Positions 53,721-64,000 of a stretch of DNA of 64,000 bases are shown here, in pieces. A program made the translations under genes and the position numbers. Source of the DNA: Octopus sinensis (taxonomy: Eukaryota); the NCBI RefSeq assembly GCF_006345805.1, contig NC_042997.1, positions 63,302,001-63,366,000 on the forward strand, read 5' to 3'. Each line of letters starts with the position of its first letter. Position 1 is the stretch's first letter. The notes below the pieces were generated by a model, which did not search any database, was not told the DNA's origin, and saw nothing but the letters and a program-made list of their open reading frames with translations.

Positions 53721-55200
53721 CAGTCTCAGTCAGAGCGTCTTCTGTACCGCTTCACTATCCACGGCTTCGTCGATTCCATCGCGGCTGTCCGTGCTACGTT
53801 TTATAACTTTACTGTTCACAGAACATTAAGCAGCAGTCATGATGTCGACATTTTGATAGCCTGCGTAAATGATTATGATACAAGTAGCTCTTTACCAATA
53901 TTCGGATGGCTGCTAGTCCTCCATGCCAGCTAACATTTTCTCAAATACAACATTAAACTTAATGTTCTGCAAGCCGTTGTCTATTCACAAATACATTAAG
54001 CTATTCCTGATAAAACGAGACATGAAATATAGTTAAATTTAGGCCGAACACTTTGTATGAGTTCCCGAATCACAAGGAATCTCTCATAATGATTAGGATT
54101 AGCAATGAGTGATTAAATCACGTTGAAGTATGTTTAGTATCACTCTCAGTAACATCACATAACCGATATGTCTTGCATAAATTGCACACAGATAAAAAGA
54201 GACAAGCGAACAGAAAACGCATTTAGCTTGTGAGTACAACATAAAGCCTAATATAATTGGCTAAGGATTTTATCAATGATTTCTAGACAATAAAACAGCC
54301 ATAGAAAATAAATTCATACGAAGTCAACATGCCGCTTACAGTACGTACGAACTTTTGTTTAGCGATTATTGAATGCAAAAATTTCAAAGCAAAAATGATT
54401 ATAGCTATAACTATCTTTTTCTGTTTTGAGGACATTATTTGATATTTGTGATTGTGAATATGCCAAATGAGTATTATTGGTATCAAATTAAGAACCATTT
54501 CAATTATTTTACGTCTGACTTCAGTTAAAAATTTGTTGACATTATCCTACTACTATTTTTTTACACATCAACGCTGTCGTCCTTGTATCACAGAGACATT
54601 GTCGAAATGTTATCGATCGCATATTTATGGCTATTATATTAGTCTATACTTTATTTGTTTTGTCTATTTGGTGATGACATCTAGTGTAATTTCCTGTGTC
54701 TGCCTTATAAATACTTTAGTAGAGGATATACAGTTATTTGTGTTGATAATCAACAGCTGTCCTCACTGATAGCATAAATATTATGTACTTAGTAAAGGAG
54801 AAAATATCCCCATCGTCGTTCATCACGATTTTTTTAGCAAACATCTATCAAACTATCCATAGGTTAGTAATAGAATATTTATATATTTATTTTTATGTGG
54901 ATAATATTTTTTTGTTTATTGTATTATTACAACGTTCAATGTATTTTTAAATATTTCAGACAATGTCTTTCTGCCAGTGTTACTACAAACGTAAGATGCA
55001 GGCAAACACTGGTGGACAGAAAGAAACTTCCGTATCTCTTTTTACCTGTCTATGTTTCCCTCTCTCATTTTCTGCACACATCTCAATCTCTTTCTCTCTC
55101 TCTCTCCCTCTCTCTTTCTCTCTCCACCTCTCTAACTATCTCTTTCACACACACTTTCAATCATATACGCACAAACATACATTGTTTTGTTCGAGGCATC

Positions 55201-55247
<47 letters not shown>

Positions 55248-55270
55248 ATATATATATTATACATTATATC

Positions 55271-55305
<35 letters not shown>

Positions 55306-56389
55306 CGTACATACATATATATATGTATATATGTGTCTATATATATGTCTATACACACACACTCACACACACATACATATCTTTTCTCATTGTGCATTCA
55401 TGAATTTATATTAAGATTCAATTAGTTTCCTTACTGCATCTATTTTATGGAGAAATTTTATAGTAGATTATCCCTCTTCACAGACAATTTGTCTTCATCG
55501 CCTCTGAAATACCATGTCTCTAGTATGCAGTAAAAGAAATTATCTATCCGTCAAAATATTCAACTGTCTTGCCATTTTCTCCTTTTATATAAAGTGTAGC
55601 TTCTCATGCGGCTGGTAGTGAAATAAAGCAATAAAGAAATAAATAAAGAAAGGAAAATAGAGCAATACAAAAACAGAATGCTGATTTCTTTGTCGCCGCA
55701 AGTTATTGTGCATTTCACTGCCATTACAGGAAAGAATACAAAGGTATATTTTGGTGGATTTAAACTGAGAAGAGGGTGTTCTTAACTCATAACTTTAATA
55801 CCGTTTACTAACACTAGTTTCATATAACAAATACGTGATTAAATCCTACTTGTTAATATTTACATACATACATATGCAACTATATGCATGAGAACATATA
55901 CAAAACAAAACATACAAATATGCACATATACATACATACATATATACATACATACATACATACACACATACATACATACATACAATAATACCCTGTTGAT
56001 GTTGTTGAAGTTCCAATGAAGAAGCCTTGGATCTAGATTAGAAATCGTCTCATTCTCTATTGGCAAGAAATCTTGAAATAGAACGGAGTAATAACAGACA
56101 TATATACATATCGATATATTTCAAATTATAATGCTTAGTGCAGAGTCATGTACAGTCTGGGAGTTATTTGGTAATGATAATAATTATCTAGAAACGTAAT
56201 CATGAAATGGTAACAATGAATGGCGAATATTACTGATATATAAAAGCATATCTCGTTAACATCATATTCGAAAAACTTTAAATGGAGACACAGAAAAAGA
56301 GGGGGAAATAGAATGGAAAAGGGGGAGTGAAACAAAGAGGAAATATACATACATATTTGCATAGTGGCATTCCGTTGGCTAAGACGATG

Positions 56390-56670
56390 AGGATTCCAGT
56401 TGAACCAACAGAAGAGCTTGCTCGCGAAATTAACGAGCAATTGGCTGAGTAATCCACAGAGACGCGTAGCCTTAACGTAGTTCTCATACAGATACAGCGT
56501 GACAAAAACAGTGTCAAAGCTGTCCCTTTGAAATACAGTTCCCACTCATTGTTGCCAAGTGTATGGATTGGACCAACGTGAAAAAAAGTATCTTGCTCAA
56601 GGTTGTAATACTTCACAGGTCATCGAACTTACGACCTTAAGATCATGAACCAAATACTCTTAACAACTGA
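56390..56670 (-). mobile_element. tRNA-derived SINE (family W); related copy at 63270-63500
   Basis: Both copies share ttgcc.gctgagtggactggagcaacgtgaaat..agtgt.ttgctcaag; reverse-strand B-box (gttcgatgacc / tttcgattcc). Confidence 0.65.
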
Positions 56671-57485
56671 CACACGCACCTTCGCCCTACTTACAAACAC
56701 GCATTCACACACATTATACTGCTTTCAAATGTTGGCACAAGGTCAGCAACTTCTGGGTGGAAATAAGTCGGTTACATCATCAACAATGTTCGATCAGTTC
56801 GTATTTTATCAACTCCTTAAGTATGGAAGATAAAGACGGACAAAATGCTGCTAAGAATTCTGTCCGGCGGGTAAACTATTCTGTCAGCTCGCTCGTGAAT
56901 CACACGCATAATAGTGCAATAAGATACGCATAAAATATCAATGAAGAAAAATAAAATATTTTAGCTTTAATGAATAAACTCGAAGCTTCGATAAGTAACA
57001 ATGAAATTTTAAAATGGGAAGCAACTTGAAAATTTTAAATATTTACTGCACTGCGGAAGTAATCATAAAGCTACATATTTCTAGGATGGAATCGAAAACA
57101 TAAAATATTATTTGAAATATATTGAAATCATTTAAGTTCAAAGAGATATAATGGGATTTATTATTAATGTTCTCTTTTTAATTTAGTTATCGATATTATT
57201 GTAGCATCTTTATAGCTGATAAAATAATATATGCAAAAGGTTTATATCAAGTGGATTTGAAGTAGCTATATCGTTTCTGTCGTTGAAGAAATATAATTAT
57301 GGTTTCATTGGAATCTCATGAAATGGTGGTGGCACATGTATATGTGGTGATGGTGTATAGAATTCGTTAAACACCTGGCGATACGGCTTCTGATAGTTTT
57401 AGAACAGAGAATGCTGCAACATTGAACTTCGTGTAATTCAAATGAGAATGTAGTAAACCGAGACTAATTTCTGAAACCTGTTTTT

Positions 57486-57504
57486 CATCATCTTTAAGTT
57501 CTTT

Positions 57505-57535
<31 letters not shown>

Positions 57536-57830
57536 CCACCACCACCAACACCACCACCACCACCATCACCACCACCACCACCACCACCACCACACCACCA
57601 CCACCACCAGCACCACCATCACCATCATCATCATCATCATCATCATCATCACCATCACTACCACCGCCGCCGCCGCCACCATCATCATCATCATCATCAC
57701 CATCACTACCACCGCCGCCGCCGCCGCCATCATCATCATCATCATCATCGTCGTCGTCGTCGTCGTCATCATCATCACCCTTACCACCTTCATCTCCTTC
57801 ACCACCACTATCATCTCTATAAACACCATC
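57486..57830. repeat. (CAT)n/(CAC)n/(CGC)n compound trinucleotide repeat
   Basis: Direct reading. Confidence 0.95.
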
Positions 57831-58507
57831 ATTATCACAATTCTCTTTACCAACTCTTAGCCGCTGAACCTACTAGAAATAGCAGAAAACCCCCATTTAA
57901 TCCTGATATGCTTAAGAACATAATTTACTAGAGATTTTGCACGAAAGACTATGGTGTATACTGTAGTCGTGGATTTGAAGAAAGTATGCAGTGATACCTA
58001 CCTCGTATTTGATACCACAGAGAAAGCAAGTTGAGTATAATACCTAATTGAAGTATGAAACACGCAAACTCTGAAACAAAGAATTTTAAAAGGCCTTAAA
58101 TACAGTTTATTATTAATGAAACATTGAGAAAAATGATAAAAATTTAAGATGTTAAGTTGAAGAACTTAATCTGAATTTCGGAGTTGGTGCAATGCAGAAA
58201 ACACGTTTGTTAGATACAGCAACTACAAAGGGGATACAAAATATAGAAGCTTTTTTCTCTCTTTTACGTTTGACTTGCTGCATCAATGACAAGCATTTGT
58301 TTAGGAAGGGAAACTAAGCAATAAAAATAGACCGCTTCAAAAGATCACATAATAATTAGAATCTATATATTTTTTTTTGTCAGTCACGCTGCAGAAACAG
58401 TGTTGAAATGTTTAAAGAAGCCGCAACTCGAGATATTTTATTTCATTTTAGCTCAGATACCTACCGTACGTGATAATTAACAATACAATTTTCAAAAGCA
58501 AGTAAAG

Positions 58508-58587
<80 letters not shown>

Positions 58588-58751
58588 ATATATGTATGTG
58601 ATATATATATATATATATATATTGAGAGAGAGAGAGAGAGAAATAGATAAAACTTATTTGGAAGAGGATGCGTGGCGTTCAATCATATAAATAATATATA
58701 TATATATATATATACATACATATACATGCGTATATGTACATACTTACATGT

Positions 58752-58796
<45 letters not shown>

Positions 58797-58859
58797 TACA
58801 TACATACACACATACACACACAGACACACACATACACACACATATATATATATATATAT

Positions 58860-59150
58860 CACCGTGATCACCGTGACCGACCAGGCTATCAGATGTTGCT
58901 ACACATCGCTTGTCACAATGTGCTTCGCATTGTTTTAGCCTTCAATGACGCCATCCCACTCGCTATGCGAGCAGGCCGACAGAAGAAAAAGTAAGAGAAA
59001 GTTGCGACGAAATAGTACAGCAGGGATCCCCACCACGACGGAGCCTCGTGGAGCTTTTATGTGTTATCGCTCAATAAACACTAACAACGCCCAGTTTGGG
59101 AATCGAAAGCGCGAGCCTACGACCACGAGTCTGCTGCCCTAACAAACAGG
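58860..59150 (-). mobile_element. tRNA-derived SINE (family Z)
   Basis: Minus strand head gttagggcagcagactcgtggtcgtagg...tttcgattccc (A/B-box-like); 3' part matches 18120-18240. Confidence 0.75.
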
Positions 59151-59559
59151 AAGGGCTGCTAAACCTAAACGAGGTTGTGGTGGCGAACGCGTAAATCAAG
59201 CTTGGGTAGGAGATAAAGAAGATCACGTTTTCGTTGTTCCAGCTACAACGGAAGGAAAGAAAGAAAGAAAGAAAGATAGCCGATAGTGACGTGGGAGCCA
59301 CATGAGCATGAGCAAGGGAGGAGGAGTGAGGGAGAGAGAGAGTGACAGAGTAATAGCATAGAATATTGGGAGAAGAGGAGGTAAAAGGTTAAGAGAGAGA
59401 AGAGAGGGCCCTTCTCGCTTGTTTTCACTGTCCTTTTTGTGTTACCTATTTTGAGACTCCGCAAAATCTCAAATGGTGGAGTAACTAGCACTGGCAGTGA
59501 CAACAGCAACAGTGGTAGTACCAACAACAACAGCACCAACAACAGCGATAGCAGTTTCG

Positions 59560-59900
59560 CCAGCACTAATAGACACAGCACAGCCAACACCCGACCACGG
59601 AGATACATCGGCTGCTTCGGGAACACGTTCAAACAACGCTTCCCCAACCAAAGATCCTCCATCAGGATACCGGAAAGGAGATACATTACATCATTAGCCA
59701 GCCATGTATGGCAGCTGGAAGACGACGGGATTCTATACGCAATATCATGGAGAATCCTAGAAAATCCAGGCCCCTACATAAACGAGACCAAGCACTGTGA
59801 ACTATGCATAGCGGAACGGGCGAGGATTGTAAAGAACTCCCTCTACCTGGGGAACATCGTTATCTCCATAACATAGGTCTTCGTACCGTGCTTACATTTC
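59560..59900 (+). mobile_element. Penelope-type GIY-YIG endonuclease remnant
   Basis: RRYIGCFGNTFKQRFPNQRSS...TSLASHVWQL...YAISWRILE...KHCELCIAER; same subtype as 23541-24101 but diverged. Confidence 0.75.
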
Positions 59901-60245
59901 AGGAAATTGTTGGTGGCATATTGGAACACACAGGATAGTAAGTGCAACGGCGATCGATAGACAAGGGAAGATAATGCCTGTAGTTGACGTTGAGTAGCTA
60001 GGTCCTTTCCTCCTCTATATTCTAGAGAGGCCTCAAGCCATCAGGTTTTGGGAGCAGGTATACGCCGTAAAGTTAAACACTTTATAGACTTGAAACCCAG
60101 GATAATCCCATAAACCGGCCCTATCTAACTTTATATTACATACATACATAAGTAATACAGTTCTATATTTAAGAGATGAGGAATTATGCACGTTATTTAT
60201 ATTATTTACATTTGACAGATATTTGTCCTCATCATGTTTATTGTT

Positions 60246-60291
60246 AACACAACGTTTCGGATGATATACCTTCCAGCCTTCAACAGGTGTC
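60246..60291 (-). ncRNA. Minimal type I hammerhead motif, core mutated
   Basis: GACAC CTGTTGA A GGCTG GAAGGTATAT CATCC GAAA CG TT GTGTT (A6U core change and one stem II mismatch). Confidence 0.7.
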
Positions 60292-61164
60292 TCGAGGAAG
60301 TTTCTATCAACGCCACTAAAACCAACCCTATGGCTACGATATGTTGATGACACCTTTATTATCTGACCCCACCAGGAAGATGTCCAAGTACTGTTAGATC
60401 ATGTGGACTCGATAAATCCATCCATACAGTTCACTATGGGAAAGGAAAAAACAATCAGCCAGTATTCCTGGCCGTATTAAGTACACGCACCAAGTATTGA
60501 TTCAGGACATCCGTATAACGTAAGCCGACCTTCGCTGGACGATACCTAAACTTCAATTCCCACCGTCCATACAGTGCAAAAGGGGATGAAACCAATAAAC
60601 TGATTACAGTCTATCTACCCTATGTGAAAGCCCTCTCCGAAAAGATACAAAAGATAAGCGTCCCAAGTGATATCAGAACAGTAATACAACACTTCGGAAA
60701 TATCTCCTTCGAGTAAAACCACCAATAGAAGAGAATATGATCAAAGACTGCGTGTACTCCATCACATGCAGCTGTGCTAGGTTATACAAAGGCGAAACAT
60801 GCCACCCCTCAAAATAAGAGTAGCCGAACATCGCAAAGCTGTGACACGAGGAGATATTAATAAATCAGTTATAGCTGATCATGTATGGAAAAATGGAGAC
60901 CACCACCATAGAATGAAGTTAAAATAATACACATGGAACATGACTAGAAAATACGAAAACTAAAAGAAGCAGCACACATGCTAGAACTCAACAACCACCT
61001 ATGCAGACCGAGTGTAAGTAGGAGTAGCATATGGGAACCGGTATTAAAGAAATATTAAATTTATAAGCCCTAAAATTCACTGCATAATTGAGCATATGGT
61101 GTAGTGGTTAAGAGCCAGGGCTACTAACCCCAAGATTGCGAGTTCATTTCCAGGTAGTGACCTA

Positions 61165-61232
<68 letters not shown>

Positions 61233-61290
61233 TAATAATAACAATAATAATAACAATATCGAACGGAAACCTAGGTTCGAAATTCCCCAA

Positions 61291-61336
61291 GACACCTGAT
61301 GACGGCTGGAGTGTATATCAGCCGAAATGTCATGTT
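61291..61336 (+). ncRNA. Minimal type I hammerhead motif, CpG-decayed
   Basis: GACAC CTGATGA C GGCTG GAGTGTATAT CAGCC GAAA TG TC ATGTT; core intact, but stem III and the first stem I pair are disrupted by two transitions at sites where the inverted copy has C and G. Confidence 0.7.
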
Positions 61337-62076
61337 AACAACAAACAAGATGAGGACAAATATCCGTCAAATGTAAATAATGTATACATACGTACATATA
61401 ACGGAGGAATTTGAACTCAGAACGTAAAGACGAAATGCCACTAAGTACTTTGCCCGGTTGCTAACGATTCTGCCAAATTAGGAAAATCGTAATATTGAGT
61501 TCAAATTTTAGCACAAGGCCAGCATCTTCGGGGAAGGGGTATGTCGATTACACTGACACCATTGTACGACTGCCGCTTATTTCATCGACCTCGAAAAATG
61601 AAAGGCGAAGTGGACCTCGGCAGCAGGGAAAATATTGACATTGACAGATGAAATTCTTTGGCAGTGGTTTGATAATTCCTTTAGAAATAGCGAGTATATA
61701 TCTTCTTAGTTATCTTCCTTCCATATAGCACTTGCAACGACGTCTCTGATTTTGCTGAAATATTAAAAATATTTTGACAAAAGCAATTTTTCATCAAATT
61801 GAAAGCAATCAGAAATAATGTATGTTCAGTTTCTTTAATTAACAAACCATTTCCGAGAAAATCCTTTATTATCTAAAAGTAGTCACGCAAGTTCAGATTA
61901 ATGAATGTTGTCCTCAGGATATTCAGCAATCAGTAACTGTCAAATATATTAATGATCATTAGAATATAATTCTCCAGAAAAATGAAAACAATTTTTTTTG
62001 GTAATGAAGAAATCTCACAAATAGTAAACTTCAGATTAGGAGCATTAGAATCAATACATAAAATTGCGCGGACGCT

Positions 62077-62149
<73 letters not shown>

Positions 62150-62249
62150 ACATGCAAACATACATACATACATATATATATATATATTGTTATATTTCGG
62201 AATGGTCATTTTGCCAGTTTAGCCAATTTTGCACAACAAATATATAAAC

Positions 62250-62309
<60 letters not shown>

Positions 62310-62728
62310 TATATGTGGGTATGTATGTACACATGTAAAAATACAAAAATATAATAGAAGAATATGAGATAAAAGAACAAAACCATATTAGATTGATGCT
62401 CTGGCAATGGGTAGACAATGGAAAGGAATGCTTTTGATATTTTGAGTATACACTTGTCTTCTGAAAGAAGTAGACAAGGAGGGAAAAAACCGAGTAGGTT
62501 GATGGACGAGAGGAAATGCAGGCGCACACAACCGCCACGGTTTGCTGATATATATATGTATATATATATATGTGTGTGTGTGCATGTGTGTGTGTGTGTT
62601 TATGAGGAGTGTATAGATTCCTGATGCGTTTATATATACATCTAACTATCTATATCTATATATACCGGTGTAAGCACATGTGAAACAAAGTTGAAAGAAG
62701 AATACTCAAATGCCAGAGGTATATTAAT

Positions 62729-62904
62729 ATGCTTTATTTAAAAGCAGCAGAAATATAACAAAAGCTGTTACTCAGAGTTCCACGTTCCTATTCGTCGGAC
62801 AGTTTTGTAAAAATATTTTTCTATTTTAACAAAACTGTCTGGCGGGAACGTAAAACTCTGAGGAACAGCTTTTGTTATATTTCTGCTGCTTTTAAATAAA
62901 GTAT
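62729..62904. repeat. Fold-back made of two degenerate hammerhead-containing termini
   Basis: 62729-62808 pairs with 62829-62904; left arm on minus strand reads CTGT CCGACGA A TAGGAACGT GGAA CTC T GAG TA ACAG; right arm reads CTGT CTGGCG GGAACGT AAAA CTC T GAG GA ACAG. Confidence 0.8.
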
Positions 62905-62912
62905 CTCTCTCG

Positions 62913-62994
<82 letters not shown>

Positions 62995-63003
<9 letters not shown>

Positions 63004-63668
63004 ATATATAATAATAATAATAATAATAATCATAATAATAATAATAATAATAATAAAAGTAATAATAATAATAGGGAGTATAATTCGAAACTTGCAGGGA
63101 AAAATTCAATTTAGCAATTCTATATCAAATTTCACAATATATCGTATATGTATAAAATTTAGAGAAAAACCTCTACTAAACAATTCAATAGTGAAAGACG
63201 TTATTCACACCATATAGAAAACGTTAGATATACTATAAAAACAAATATAATTGCGCCCTTTTAGAGCCTAGCCAGGCTCATGGGACCAGTTTCCCCGTTT
63301 CAATAGCATATGTGTTCCCCAGCTGGATGGGTTGCCGGTCCATCGCAGCGTTACTCATTTTTGCCTGCTGAGTGGACTGGAGCAACGTGAAATGAAATGT
63401 TTTTCTCAAGAAAACAACGCGTCGCCCGGTCCAGGAATCGAAACCACAATCTTATGATCATGATGCTGAGACGCTAACCACTAATCCACGCGCCTTCTAG
63501 ATATACTACAGAAAACTTAATTCCAAAAATCAATAGAGTACATAAACAATAAATAGTAAACAGACAACGCGAGTTTCGTGGCTAAATTTTCAATAATAAA
63601 ATCAATTCGATTAAAACTAAATCGATCTAAATTTTATTCTATCCAAACATATAGTCACTCATCAGGTC

Positions 63669-63732
<64 letters not shown>

Positions 63733-64000
63733 CATAATAATAATAATAATAATAATAAAAGTAATAATAATAATAGGGAGTATAATTCGAAACTTGCAGG
63801 GAAAAATTCAATTTAGCAATTCTATATCAAATTTCACAATATATCGTATATGTATAAAATTTAGAGAAAAACCTCTACTAAACAATTCAATAGTGAAAGA
63901 CGTTATTCACACCATATAGAAAACGTTAGATATACTATAAAAATAAATATAATTGCGCCCTTTTAGAGCCTAGCCAGGCTCATGGGACCAGTTTCCCCGT
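62995..64000. repeat. Direct duplication, period 702 bp, running off the window end
   Basis: ~63010-63298 is repeated at ~63700-64000 with (AAT)n length change and one substitution (aaacaaat vs aaataaat). Confidence 0.9.

Larger units (their letters stand above)
60160..61390 (+). mobile_element. Penelope-like element, 5'-truncated (RT C-terminus plus GIY-YIG), with inverted 3' repeat at the 5' side
   Basis: LKPTLWLRYVDDTFII, NPSIQFTM, RKPTFAGRYLNFNSH, VYSITCSCARLYKGET..RVAEHRKA; 61265-61385 (+) is repeated inverted at ~60190-60310; a short tRNA-like SINE plus (AAT)n is inserted at 61080-61260. Confidence 0.9.

Noticed and set aside
41060-61165. tRNA genes suggested by A/B-box-like heads
   Set aside because: They run into SINE core sequence and lack full cloverleafs; treated as SINE heads.

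Overview
AT-rich eukaryotic repeat-dense DNA. The tRNA-derived SINE families and (TA)n/(CA)n/(GATA)n/(AAT)n microsatellite load resemble a cephalopod, most likely Octopus (recalled resemblance, not a database result). No intact host gene is evident; there is one candidate minus-strand exon (15176-15368). Most ORF-track entries are microsatellite artefacts. Real coding remnants are all from transposons: Penelope-like elements (GIY-YIG endonuclease x4, one with RT), Tx1/L1-clade LINEs, an RTE LINE, an R4/Dong-like LINE, a Helitron helicase, and Tc1, maT-like and mariner transposases. The main non-obvious signal is about a dozen type I hammerhead-ribozyme (HHR) motifs from several unrelated repeat families. 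Four have intact catalytic cores. Two of these lie in non-coding, hairpin-containing units of 469 nt (41507-42082) and 561 nt (21827-22578), each present as about 1.2 tandem monomers, the architecture expected of non-LTR retrozymes or pLTR-only Penelope derivatives. The other two are the outward-facing ends of a 4.76 kb Penelope insertion with ~930 bp inverted arms. All four intact cores have a mismatch (A.A or U.U) at the 10.1/11.1 position instead of the usual base pair.
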